Origin: Vermamoeba vermiformis
Taxonomy: Eukaryota
Assembly (NCBI GenBank): GCA_045837725.1
Contig: JBEWZL010000236.1
Span: forward strand, 248,001 to 312,000
DNA: 64,000 nucleotides
Reading direction: 5' to 3'
Under the pieces are notes generated by a model. It did not search any database, had not been told where the DNA came from, and saw only the letters and a program-made list of their open reading frames with translations. Positions within the stretch are counted from its first letter, which is position 1; each line of letters starts with the position of its first letter. The position numbers and the translations under genes are program-made. Below, piece after piece: positions 1-12,866 of the stretch.

Positions 1-866
1 GTACAACCTCGTTGCGCGGAGGAGAACTTGAAAGGCTAACAGAGTTTGTATTAGATCCTGCACTGTTTTTTCGAGGAGGAGTGGGCTGATTTTGAGCGAT
101 ATTAACATTCTTGACTAAAACATTGGTGTTGTTCGAGCTGGAATTAGGTCCATCCGAGATCGTCAACTTTTCGACATCCAATCCCGTGCTCTCGACGCCA
201 GATGTTCGTAAATCTAAAATTAAAAATATTATGGATTAATATTTTTAAATACTCGAAGCTCCTTTAAACATAAGAATTGCTTTTGTAAATTTTTGCGAGC
301 GGATCTCGTGATCCATTCAATGCTCCTTCCATAAATTGCTCTTAATATTTACCTGCATTAACATGCTCTTTTATCCATGCCGCCAAATCGTCCACAGACT
401 GAACAGATATGTTAATCGGAGATCACGACGAAATTTTGCTCGCATAAATTAATATTTTTTGTAAGCGCAGAATAATATAAATTTGATATGAAAATATTTT
501 ATATTAATTCTTAGCGCCAAATTTATCATTAATAAAAGTATAGAAAAGGTCTGGCTAATTCTAAACTGCAAAAAAAAAATTGGATCTTACCCCAATAGGA
601 ACGTCATCCAAAAATATAATAGGAAATCCTTTCTTAAGACTCCTATCGCCTTTTTCTGATAATACTTTTTGCTGGATCTTTTCACGAAGACTAAGATTAT
701 TCGTAAGATCGACTTCTTTGACTTTCTTGCCTTCAATTCCAACACTTTTTAATAGCTCCTTTGCAGTCTTCATATTTTGAATGACTTTAGGGGTCACATT
801 AATTCTCATGAGATACAGGGTGGCGGTACCACCTAATCCCGAAGATCGACCTTGTGCTTCGTCCAT
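1..866 (-). CDS. Glutaredoxin/SH3BGR-like N-terminal domain protein (multi-exon; 3' end runs off the window)
   Basis: Exon 1 encodes MDEAQ...VKEVDLTNNLSLREKIQ...GFPIIFLDDVPIG, a Grx-like 'P.IF.....IG' motif with no CxxC. Further exons lie at ~353-398 (SVDDLAAWIKEHVNA) and within ~1-212. Confidence 0.6.
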
Positions 867-1064
867 TGTATTTTACGATAGCTAGAAGTATCTAAATATA
901 TCGTATCTATGGTGCTCTTCTAGTATAGCGTAAGTTTAAGAATTAGAATTAGTTCGCTGCTTATAAATTCTTTGGTTTGACCAAAGTTTGACCGGATCTG
1001 ATCCATTTTAGGCCAGCTGTCTTTACTTGTTGTTTTTTTATTTACAAAATTAAATTAAATTAAA

Positions 1065-3805
1065 TTAATCGTCGGCAAGCATTTGCAATCCTCGTTTGTT
1101 GATGCTTTGTACCAGATCTTCAACACTGTTCAGGAGCATCACATTCAGCGCTGTTTCCATAGTATTCTTAATCTTGGTTGAGAACAACTTCATTAAGATA
1201 TTATACAGCCAGGCAGCCTTAACAAACATTAGGACAAATGAATCGTATACAACAAATAGTAAGGCCTTACCTTTGCCTCTTTAATGTAGATCTCGATGCC
1301 ATTTACTTTGATATTCAAATTGTTAACTTTAATGCTCGGAATTCCCATGATCGGAGACACGACGTCAAAGATCAACTTGATCTCGCCTCCCTACCCAAGC
1401 GTTAGCTGTATGTAATATCAAGATATGTTCATGAACGTACAAGTATCTTGGCCGACGCTTGACCTTCGTCTGAGAGGTTAGGAAATGCTAATTGACGGTA
1501 CGCCCAATTCAGTGAGACCACGTGCGCAGTCCATTTTTTCACTGAACGAAGGAAAAAGTTAGCGTCGGAGCAACTTCCGAGAAGCGTGTAATGTTACCTT
1601 CAATTTCTAATTTGGTCGACGTGAAATTGACTATCACATCGTCAGGGTCCACTATTGTCTCGTCCTCTGGCTGTCGCAGCACCATGTCATTCACCAAATA
1701 ATTCACTTCTCCGATCGGCGTTGCCGTGACATCCCTGAACAATTTCAATTAACATATTGCCTTATATGGTAATAATACGTACTCGAACTCGTTCTCAATG
1801 TCGCCTATGTCAAATTGGTCTTCCAAGAAGGTCAATATCTCCGTCTTGATCGCCAGTTTAATGTCATCAACATCTTGGTGCGCGACTGCTCTGAAGAACG
1901 AAATCAAGGAGTTCTGTGACTCTTGTTCAAATCGTTGTTGAATCTCCATTTTCAATGCTTCAGACAACTTTTGATATTCGGGCGATTCAATCACTTCGTT
2001 GTAATGTGAAAAAATGTATTGCAAGCAAATGAACTTCATGCTTTCTGACAACGAGTCTGTGATATCTAACAGCTCACATACAGTCTCCGTATCTATATAT
2101 ATGTTAATATATCGTATTTAAATCAATTTTGAATTCAACGTACCGATATTATCTTTAATAATTTTTTCGCAGTATTTCTGCAGACTCGGGACCATGAACT
2201 GATTTGCAGCTAAAAATACGCCCAATGCATTTGCAGGTGTGACTTGGTTCTCGCGCAATCTTCCGTTCATATATATACATTCGAGCATAATCAAAAAACT
2301 GTTGAAATCGGGACAATCTTCCAACTTGATCTCGTTCAATTCTTTTTCTTTCATGAAGCCCATAAACATCGCTTTGAAATATTCGCCTGCATAAAGAACG
2401 TTAAATTTCCTAAAAAGGAAAAATCCGCGGTGACTTACACGAAGAGACTAAAACGATTTTGTGACAGTGAATTGGTTTGTTGTTGATAATTAATGTAACG
2501 TCGCTATTAAAATCTTCTTTTAACGATCGAATTTTCATCTTATCGTCGTCCGTTTCCAAATAAGGCAATTCTGCGTCTTGATCTTGGTCATCCTGATTAC
2601 TGCCCTTATTTTTCTGCAGATTCTCTAGTGCATCAAAGTGCTTAAAGTTCAATGCTTTAAATGCCTTCAAAAAGTCCGTATTGAAGGTCGAAGGCTCGCA
2701 GAACGCTTCATCTGCTTGCTCGCAAATTTGTCGCAGTCTGTTTAACCCTAGTAGTTGTGCCTCCAAATACACGCTATGTAATTCTTCATCTGCTAAACTG
2801 TTGTCGTAGTTAGTTAGTGCCTTCTGAGTATAATAACCATAACTCGTAATGATAGGCTAGCTATACTTACTTGGCTTGATCCGTGTACAAATATCTAGTC
2901 ACTTTCAACAACGTGTTTTCTTTCATTTCCATCTCTAGTCGTTTCTTCTTGCCTAAAATAAGATGTTAATATACACTGTGTTATATATAGAGTAATACTA
3001 ACCTTGTTCGAATGGAATGCTCGATAACAATACTTGCAAATACTCAGATCTGGCAGCTAAGATGAACTGATGTGCATGAACTTCCTTATTATCAGACGTT
3101 ACTAGTATCACGTCGCTGAATGTCGGGTCGTTAATGGCACTGGTCAAAGCTGTCGCTAACAATGGCACCGGCGAGATTTCCACCTGCATTCAAATAACCA
3201 GTTCAGAAAACGAATCACAAGATTACGAAGAATAGTGGATATCTCTAGTATATTTTAATACTATTTCGCTTGAATAATACTACAGGTCAGTCAAGGTTGA
3301 CAAAATCTTAGATCGCAAGATCAAGACCGAAATAGTGACACCACTTTGTAAGAACAGATTATTTCATATTAATTATATTTATATTTTTAAAATGCTTAAG
3401 TGAGCGATATTGTCGTAAAATTAAGCATAGGAAGCATTTTTGGTAGGATCAGAAATTTACTTACGAATTTTTCCTCTTTTCTACGCGGCGGAATGGCTTC
3501 ATTTTCAAATCCAGTGTCGTCATTTAACCCAAGATTGGCTAATATGCTCTAATTTAATTATTAGAACGATCACATAATTACATCCGGAAATTGAACGGAC
3601 AAAATTACTTCCGAAATTTTTAAATTCAACAGTAATTAACGCACTATTATTACAAATATAATATAGAGCTTACCATATTCGTGGGATGATTTAATAAATA
3701 TTCTATGGACTCTTCAACATCATTCTGATGTAATTGTAGAACTTGCGTCAATACAGGCCTATCAATATGCGGAAACATAGCCGCAAGTTCATTAACCTCG
3801 CTCAT
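1065..3805 (-). CDS. CUE domain + tandem BTB/POZ + C-terminal BPI/TULIP-like domain protein
   Basis: Exon 1 from ATG 3805 is MSEVNELAAMFPHIDRPVLTQVLQLHQNDVEESIEYLL (CUE MFP...LL). BTB motifs FSDVILVTSDNKEVHAHQFILAARSEY and SDVTLIINNKPIHCHKIVL. C-terminus has WAYRQLAFPNLSDEGQA and AAWLYNILMKLFSTKIKNTME. Stop TAA at 1065-1067. Exon phases checked at the 5' end. Confidence 0.75.
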
Positions 3806-3972
3806 GGTAGTATTATACTATTATATTGACTCGTATGTGTGATTGCTGATCTATGAATAAAAAATGATTTTCTAGAATCAACATTATTTTTCCACCATTC
3901 ATCGAGCAACATAACAATATCAACGTAAATTATACGTTGTAATTAATAATCGCTAGGTGTTCTACAGATAAG

Positions 3973-4843
3973 ATGGCTGACAATAACAAAAAGCAAAAGA
4001 CGGATGCCGCTGGCTTGGGCGAGGCTAAAGTAAGCTATATAATTTTGTAATAATTTTTAAAAATCACTTTATGGTGTTTCGAATGTTTCCCACTCGATAC
4101 AATACGAATTATCATGAAAATTATTTTTTGGGATCCGGGTTGCTGTGCTCGCGTAACACGAATTATCTGCATGGCATTCCCTTACACGTCTTTTTTTAAT
4201 TATAGAAAGGCATGACTTGGTGCGTTTGCGTGGACGGTAGCGACAAAGCAGATGGTGCCTTTCAATGGACTGTCAACACGATGAACAAAGAGAAAGTACG
4301 TTAATTAAACTAATATTACAACCACCTCGTAATTAACAATAATTAATAGGACACTTTGGTTGTGTTGAACGTCTCCGAGAAAGTCAGCAGTACCATGAAA
4401 AATTATAGCAAATTCTTCAGCAAAATCGAGGCAAGTTCTGAGCTCTAATTATACTACATTAAGGAATATATTATTATAATAGTACTAACGCAAGCTCTTT
4501 TATTGTAGGCTGAGTTGAATGAAGAAGTCAAAAATCATCAACAAGAAATTGTCCACCGCTACGAGCAGAAATGCAAAGAATTGAACGTAAGTTACTTAAA
4601 TATGCTAATTATAATATATTGACATATATTGACAATAATTTGTTTCATTAGCTCCATTTTTCAGTGAAAGGCATTATCGCTGCCAATGCCCGCGAAGAGA
4701 TCTGCCACTACGTCGAGCACAATGACGTTGATAATCTCGTGCTGGGCAAGCGCGGCATGAGTGACAGTGAACGACTGCTTTTGGGCTCCACGACTGAATA
4801 TTGCGTCAGACACGCGCACGCTAATGTTATTGTCGTTAAGTAA
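3973..4843 (+). CDS. Universal stress protein (UspA family), 5 exons
   Basis: Spliced translation gives WCVCVDGSDKADGAFQW...NAREEICHYVEHNDVDNLVLGKRGMSDSERLLLGSTTEYCVRHAHANVIVVK*, with the USP G-x2-G-x9-GS motif. Absent from the ORF track because the exons are short. Confidence 0.92.
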
Positions 4844-5044
4844 ACATGCCTCTATAATCAATATCTCACCTTAAATATTGCCCTGTAATGTATTAACTCA
4901 TTAGAGTACAATACAAAGACAAAATACTACTAATACTAATAATTTTGCTGGCAACTACATAACGAGATCAGGATCCGTAGTTAAAAAATTCTCCGAGTAT
5001 CCTCTTAGTTCTTAATTAGTCTAATTATTCCTATTTATTACAAA

Positions 5045-6311
5045 TTACATTGTTATTTGTTTCTTTTTCTTATTGTTCAACGATTGAAAGAGCGGATCCA
5101 AGAGTTGAGTCCACTGGTCAAAAGTCCAGTCGGAACCAGCATTAGTAGTAACACCGTTGACTGCGAACATAGGTGTGCCGTACATGCCCTTGCTGGTAGC
5201 AAACTATTTCAAGGAAATTATCAGTTTCAATACGCCGTGTAACGAGTTTCTCGAAAGACATCAGATCCGCGGTCAAATCAAAAAGCTTCAGCTAACTAAT
5301 TAAACACTCTATGCATCGCTATCGGTCAATTGCTAAATAATTTTGCCTAATCATTACCTTCCAGCTCACGCGAGAAGCGCTGTCAATGTCCGAATCTGCC
5401 ATGCCTTGAACCAATTGGTTCTTAGAAACACCGATCTGCGTGATCAAATCTCCGATCTGCGAGATAACTTGGTTCATCGACTTGTTGGCGGTAGGAGCGT
5501 TGTAAAAGCTTTGTTGATTGGCGAAAATCAGATCGGTCCACTTCCAAATCAAGTTTTCGTTGACTTCAGCAGCAACAGCGCCCTAATTAGATCATCCATA
5601 TTAGTATCGATATCATTTCGTCGTATTTTGCCTGAACTGGACAGTTGGGCCGGATCCAGCATTTTTAGGGCAAATTGAATTATGTTTGAGACTTACAGCC
5701 TTTTGCAACAAGAATGAGTTGTGATGGTAAGGCAAGGCTAATATATGCATAACGAACTGCAATTTTTGTGGTCCATAGTGCTGCAAGACTAAAAAAGAAC
5801 GGGTAAGGCGCTGTCCGAGATTTTTCTTTGTAAAATTCTTTCCAACAATACATTTTATTGTATGTTACGTAGTATTAAAATCCATAAATATAGTTATAAA
5901 ACTAGAATTAATTACCTTGCTTGATGATGGGATAGGAAGCAGAGGAATCCGGGCATTGGAAGTCAAAATAAGCTTCGAGCAAGACTGGTGCACTATCCGA
6001 GCCTTGTTGGTAACCTGAATAATAATATTAATATGTTATTTATCAGATAAAATAGATATTTATTTATAAAAGAATCTTCTAGATCTGATCCGAAGCTAGG
6101 CCGTGGTCTGAAAACGTATTTATTTATTTACTGCGTAAATTTGACCAACTAACTAATTATTATTTTTACTCGAATTTTAATTGGCCTTAAGGAAACCAAA
6201 TTGAAAAGCTGAGGGATCCTTACCATCGTAAGTGGGGGGGATTGGAGGCTGCGACATTGCTCCAGCAAATATAGCCGATAGTGCTAATACTACTAACAAT
6301 AAATTGTTCAT
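5045..6311 (-). CDS. Secreted DsbA/thioredoxin-fold protein (CxxS)
   Basis: Signal peptide MNNLLLVVLALSAIFAGAMS; LEAYFDFQCPDS; LPYHHNSF; C-terminal GTPMFAVNG...WTFDQWTQLLDPL. Confidence 0.8.
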
Positions 6312-6445
6312 TTGTGTTGCATCAACTTGACAAAATATTCGTCTCAAGGAGCGGAGCCAAAATTGAAAATGACCGCGGCGAAGCGGGACCGCAAAACAAT
6401 ACTTAGTAATATTACACTAAATAACACTTTATTTACCACGCGTAT

Positions 6446-8606
6446 TTACAGTGGATCCGGATGGAAGTAAAAAGCGATGGCCAAAATGCCGTAAATTACA
6501 ATCATCAGTGCACCGTGCAGCCAATGCGCTTGCCCTTCTCTCGTCCATTTGTTCATAATAAAGGCAGGCACGAGCACCGATAGTACTTCCAATAAGAGGA
6601 ACTTGAGCGACAAACTAATGTTCGCGATCCAGCCAATAATGACGAGAATAGGGGCCATCAATATAAACATGAGAGTGCTGCTGAAGATCAATTGTGCAGT
6701 GACTCCTTCAATATGGCCTCGAAGGGTCGCTCTGGCCATCGCAAAATTATCCGCTACGTGGCTCACTACATCCGGTACAAAACCATCAGTACTCAACTTT
6801 AAATGGTATATTCGTTGTAAATATACTAATACTGACCTGAAGGTATGACGATCATGCCTAAGAACGTATAACTAAGTCCCCATTCGCTATGTACCTGCGG
6901 CAAAGTCGACAGCATTAAAATGGTCTCCAATACCAATAGAACACCTAAACAATATCATTAGCTCATTATTGTAGTGTTACAATTGAAGTTCGTACCTGCT
7001 ACGAGAAATAGAATGACAGAACCAACGAGGGTAATCTTTGGATCTTTTCCGTCTTGGATGTCAATGAAGCTCGCTTTGTGAGTCTTGCTCAACAATACAA
7101 TAAATAGTACCAGCCATAACTATTAACAACAATGACGTCGCGCGAGACATTTTGAGCAAACCAACGGCTCCAAGGTTGCCTAAAAAAATGTTGCCTTATT
7201 AGGTCCAATTGCTATATTAAACAGCCCGAAATCGATACATAAACGCGATATATTTTCTGAGACTTACCAACTGATAGCGACAACACGAATGGAATGAGCA
7301 AGCTACACAATCCAAGCAACATAATCAACGAGTTCATATGCAGTGGTCGCGAGTTAATATTTACATAGTCGTTGTGTGCACTGCCTATAAATACGATGTT
7401 CATAATTAATACACAAAAGGAAGCATTAATGAGTTGATTTCTAGAACAAAAAAATTGACGCGTACCTGAGAGCAAACTGACGCCAAACACGACCAATAAT
7501 TTACATAAAGCGAAGCCTAATATCAATGCCTGCACTAGCCTCGTCAAGCCAGTAGTCAATGCTAAATATACATGCCATGTTAGTGTTATTGAAGGATGTC
7601 TATGCCAACCAAAAGTGATGATTGGAACTCGTGTACCACGTACCAATTATAGTTATAATTAGCTCAGCTGCATTAACGACAATAAAATTAATAGCTAATT
7701 TAGCCTTTTTAGGACAGTTCTTAACCATATTCTTAATGGAATACCGCTACATTACTATTGTCAGTATTATATTTCGGATCCGAAACTACTGTGAACTTAC
7801 CAATAACCATACTAACGGTATCATACTAACTATAGACAATACAAAATCGGCGATATAACCGAAGTTGACTAAATGACCTGTTTTTGAAGGTTGAGAATTA
7901 TTAGTAGGTGAGATCGGATCTTTGAGCCTTGTTAAGAACGTACTGATTAAAGTGAATGGAACTGCCGCTAGTAAGAAATTAATCCAACTGCTAATCAGTA
8001 CTGTTAATATGCCTTGCATATGGTCTCTAAACGTCACTAATTGTAAAAACATTGGTTAGATCCACTGCGTGCGCCATAATTGACAGCAATCATACTCTTT
8101 TTCTTGCGTGTATTTCGCGCCTCTTCAACGTCCTCATCGTCATGCCTCTCACTAAGTACAATAATAAATAATTTGTTATTTTAGGGACAGTCATATGAAA
8201 CATACGGCATTGGTTCTTCAGCAACATTCGACAAGGCACGAGAGCTCATTTTAGGCGGCACAACCTGTAAAAATTATTACATAATTTAAAAGAAAATATA
8301 GCATACTTATTATTAATCGAAGTTTATATTTGATATATGGTCCAATAAAGCTATAAACTGTTCTGCTTAAATAATTAACGGAATTTACAGGAGTAAAATA
8401 GGAACAAAATAGCGCTTGTTAGGACTAATAATGCTCGATAATAATTATTTCAATTTTTTACAATGCAAATGGAGAATATTAAAAGCGTAACTGACACGCA
8501 AGTAAATCCAACTTACACTCTGAATATTCTCTTCTTCGTCTTCTTCTAAGTAGTCCTCGTCTTCTAATAGGTGAACGAGCTCTTGTCCTTGATCTTTACG
8601 CGACAT
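6446..8606 (-). CDS. Divergent Ca2+/H+ exchanger (CAX/VCX1-like, CaCA superfamily)
   Basis: SSWINFLLAAVPF; LSIVSMIPLVWL; C-terminal EGQAHWLHGALMIVIYGILAIAFYFHP matches the CAX 'DG.SNWLEG..L...Y...A..F' end. Acidic N-terminus from ATG 8606. Confidence 0.75.
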
Positions 8607-8832
8607 GGAACTGCTTCTAACAAAAATTAAACTTTCGTAAATGAGCACGCGCACCGAGTCACGCCAGCTTCTAAATCACAAATACAGAGTGACAGGCACA
8701 CCCGTTGTAGCAAAGATGTACAACAGTATTCTTTCGTTAAGATGCCGTAATCAGAATCAAGCGAGCGTACTGTACAAAATTGCTCGATCGGGATGCGATC
8801 AGCTTACTTTAGTTGTTGTTTGTATTTACAAT

Positions 8833-10177
8833 TTAATGCTTCTTGTGAGAAGTGCTCATAGTGTGCTTGAACGAGGGCATAGCCTTCTCTTTGAAGGAGT
8901 TAGGGCTGTTCGGGTTAAAGTTGGCGTAGATGCTGTTCAAAATGCTAGCCAAGCGAATACCACCGGCAATCAATTGTTGCTTGATAATAGGGAAGTTCTT
9001 GTTGAAGTAGTTGTCGGCCAAGTAGGGCAAATCTTGATCGGGAGCGTTATCCTCCTACATCCGAATGAAAAATCAGAATCTGGCTTGCAAGGGGGTAGAT
9101 TGATATAAATTTGGAATTTCTCTTATTCAGAAACTCAGTACGATGTGATACTCTCAAAGAATTCAAGTCACAGTTGATCATCTTGTAAGAGGAGCGAAAA
9201 TCAAATCCGCGGGGAGCTGGTGATCCAGCCCAAGGCTCATACGAAGAGACAACTTACCGGTAAGATATTGTAGCATGCAGTTCTGGTGTAGTAGAACGAG
9301 CTGTTAGCCCAACGAACAGGATCCATGGTCTTAGTGTAGTACGGGATCAGATTAGGGTTGTTGTTGATCACGTCAGTCAACTCTTCAGCGAAGGACTCAT
9401 AATCACTGTCTATAATAATAATGTATTAATAATCTGCCACTTAGACGGGCGGTGCACGAAGACTTACTGTGGTGGTAGATGAGGCCAGTATCCCAAACGC
9501 TATGGAGCTCTTCGTGCTCCTTACGATCGTACAATTGTACCTTTCGGTTGTTGCCACCACGATCGGCAGTGTAGCTCACCTAAAGAGAATCATTAATAAA
9601 CAATCGACCGACGAATCTGATTTGAAAAATCTTTGGCACTCCCAATTTAATAATAAATTTGTGATAAAATGAATAAATATGATATAAATTTCTCATTATG
9701 AGCGAAATTATCGTTAGCACTTACGTGGAGGGGCTGATGTACATCTCCAACGAAATGAACCAAAAATGCCAAAGGACTGGGAGTATCCTCGTGCCAATTG
9801 TCATTGGGCACATAGTAAGGAGTGGTGGTTTGCAAAATTTTAGTGTAATTCAGAATGGCACCAACGACACAGAGGTTATTCGAGGGGCATCCAACTGACA
9901 TGGTAAATTCAGTAGCGTCCAAGGGCATGTCGACGAAGTGCAAGGGAGTGGACCAGGCACCGTGAGAGGTCGCGCGGTAGGTGTCGGGTTGAGGAGCGAT
10001 GTCTACGATGGTAGTATCTTGGCCAAGCCAGACACTGCATGCAGATTGCGCGTTGTCGGTCAACAAAGATTGAGCGATAGCTGCAACGACCTTGTGGCCT
10101 TCAACACCCCATGCGACTACGGCAGGGCAAAGAAACACTCCAATGAGTGCAATCACCGCGAGTGTTGTGGTTTTCAT
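8833..10177 (-). CDS. Secreted S1/P1 nuclease
   Basis: Signal peptide then WGVEGH; WSTPLHFVD; FLVHFVGDVHQPLH|VSYTADRGGN; LHSVWDTGLI; QQLIAGGIRLASILN. Confidence 0.95.
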
Positions 10178-10264
10178 ACTGCGGATTTGAAATATTTTGC
10201 ACGAAGGAAAAACAATCAGTTGTTTTGTATTTTTGACCGAGTAAGCACTGCTCCCGACTTGAAA

Positions 10265-12771
10265 ATGGCTGCTCACGAAGAAGTGATCTTACCCTGGTAC
10301 CAAGTCGTCTTGGTTTACCTCAGTTTCGTGTTCATCATTACGTTGGGCTACATCAACGAGTTTTTGAGCAGAGTATTCGCCCCGAAGACTAGACCACCTA
10401 AGGTAAATTAGAAAATGCACGAATAAAGCTATAATACAGCAAGATCATGAAATTTGACGATTAACCGCTTCAGATCGGGTTTGACAATTTGAAAAAATAA
10501 TTATGATCTCGTTTTCCTTTATTAACTTTTTGATAATTTTAGGGCTACTCGCCTTGGTTTAAGGACTACGAGGCGTTTTTCAACCGTCGTATGTACTCGC
10601 GTATTAGCGACTGTTGGAATAGACCGATCGCCAGTGCTCCTGGTCCCAAATTCGACGTAATTCAACGAGAAACTGTTAAACAGCCTCTCTCTTGGATCGT
10701 TGATAACAAAAAGACAGTGTATGTAATTAGATATCGAGCTCTCAAGCGAATTATTAATGTAACGGCTTCTGATCTTTGGATTCACCGGTCTAATTTATTT
10801 TTGCTATAGGCTCTCGGACAAGACAACTACCTGCTTGAACTTGGCTTCATATAATTACTTGGGTTTTGCTGACACTAAGGGCAAACACATCGACGAAGTT
10901 ATTGCCAGCGTTAAGAAGTTTGGTGTTTCAACTTGCAGTCCTTCTTTGGAATTAGGTAATTATTTAATTGTGATAATTATTGGCGAGATATTGAAGCTTT
11001 ACGGGTTGTCACGAGATGTGCCCGATATTTTCAAATTCCGCTTGCATTTTACATACATCGGTTAATTCATCTGATTATTTATTGATGGAGACTAATGATT
11101 ATATCTTACTACGACGGTATATGAATACAATGATTCTGATATAGTACCTGAAGTTTTCCATCAATATTTTCTGATTAACCGCCTAATTAATTATTGCTCA
11201 TTTAACACGGCATGATTAGAGATAAATAATAATATGATCATACACTATAATAGATATTGATTATTTTAATTTTACAAGGTACCACATCTCTTCATGAAGA
11301 GCTCGGTCAATTGATTGCTCGATTTGTTGGCAAAGAAGCTGCTCTTATTTTTGGTCAAGGCTATGCTACTAACTCTACTAACTTGCCGGGTCTTCTTGGC
11401 AAGGTAAGCCAGATTACAATTTTTGATTATAGCGCGACAATGGATCCGTCAGGAATAATTCTCTTTTCGCATTATTTGGATATTTTAATAATTATAATTC
11501 ATAGGGCGATCTTGTTATTAGCGACAGCTTGAACCATGCTTCGTTGGTCGTTGGCTGCAGAAGCAGTGGATGCAAAACTAAAGTCTTCAAGCATAATGGT
11601 ACTAATAATAATTATTTCTTCATTCACACAGTAGGACCATAATTAATATCAAATTATAGATATGGAGGATCTTGAAAGAGTTATTCGCGAGTCTATTGTC
11701 GAGGGCCAGCCCCGCACTCACCGTCCTTGGAGAAAAATTATGATTTTGGTCGAAGGCATTTACTCTATGGAGGGCGAGATCTGCAAATTACCCGAGATTG
11801 TCAAGTTAAAGAAGAAGTACAAGGTACATTTATATTTCATTATAGCGAGATTATGTCGCGACAAATCATTGTCAGAGGCTATCTTCGTGCAATTGACTCG
11901 TCGTTCAATATATTCGAATACTAATGACGATTATAGTGCTATTTGTACGTTGACGAGGCTCACTCAATTGGTGCTTTGGGCAAGTCAGGCCGTGGTGTCT
12001 GCGAGTACTGGGGCGTTGATTTTGCCGATGTTGACGTGTTGATGGGAACTTTCACCAAGTCTTTTGCTTCGGTCGGTGGTTACATTGCTAGCTCTAAGGT
12101 ACGTCATATTACATAATACTAACACATAGATCATTGTATGAGTGAACGATATGCTGATCTCTTGTGCTGTTTTTAGGACGTTATCGATCACTTGCGTGAG
12201 AGCTCTGTCGGTGGTCTGTACGAGACTTCTATGCCTCCTGGCAACGTGCAAGAGGCCATCTCGTGCTTGAAGATTATTATGGGCGAGGACGGCACTGACC
12301 TCGGTCGCAAGAAGGTCCAACAATTGCACGACAACAGCAACTACTTCCGTCAAAAACTCATTGATATGGGCTTCCAAGTAAGTCACACGCACTAGTCCTA
12401 GGTAAACATGATAATAATAACGGCGTTATTTTTTGCAGGTCTTTGGTGAGAAAGACAGTCCTGTTATTCCTATGATGTTGTATTACCCTGCCAAGATCAG
12501 CGCCTTCTCTCGCGAATGTTTCCGCAAGAATGTAAGTACACTAATACTACGGCTATTTAAAGCAAATGCGAATAGTTTGCTAATAATTATTTATTCTTTT
12601 TAGTTGGCTGTGGTCGTCGTAGGTTTCCCAGCTGTACCTTTATTGTCAAGTCGTGTGCGTTTCTGTATCTCCGCTGCGCATACTCGAGAAGATTTGGACA
12701 ACGCTCTTAAGGAAATTGATCATATTGGTGATCGCTTGATGTTGAAGTACGGATCGAGTCGACAGCACTAA
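10265..12771 (+). CDS. SPTLC2: Serine palmitoyltransferase subunit 2 (LCB2/SPTLC2)
   Basis: [67 protein letters not shown] (PLP lysine); [11 protein letters not shown]. Confidence 0.96.
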
Positions 12772-12866
12772 GCTGATCTGTTTTTTTTTCTGTCACTTGT
12801 AGTTATTCTTCTTGTCAATTTTGTGTTTTTTGTGTTTTAATAGTAAATATCCCCATATCCTTCGAA

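Noticed and set aside
8641-9108. 155-aa plus-strand ORF
   Set aside because: Antisense to the last nuclease exon, with no recognisable motif.
9938-10411. 157-aa plus-strand ORF overlapping the nuclease
   Set aside because: Antisense shadow of the nuclease exon running into LCB2 exon 1. The real start is ATG 10265.
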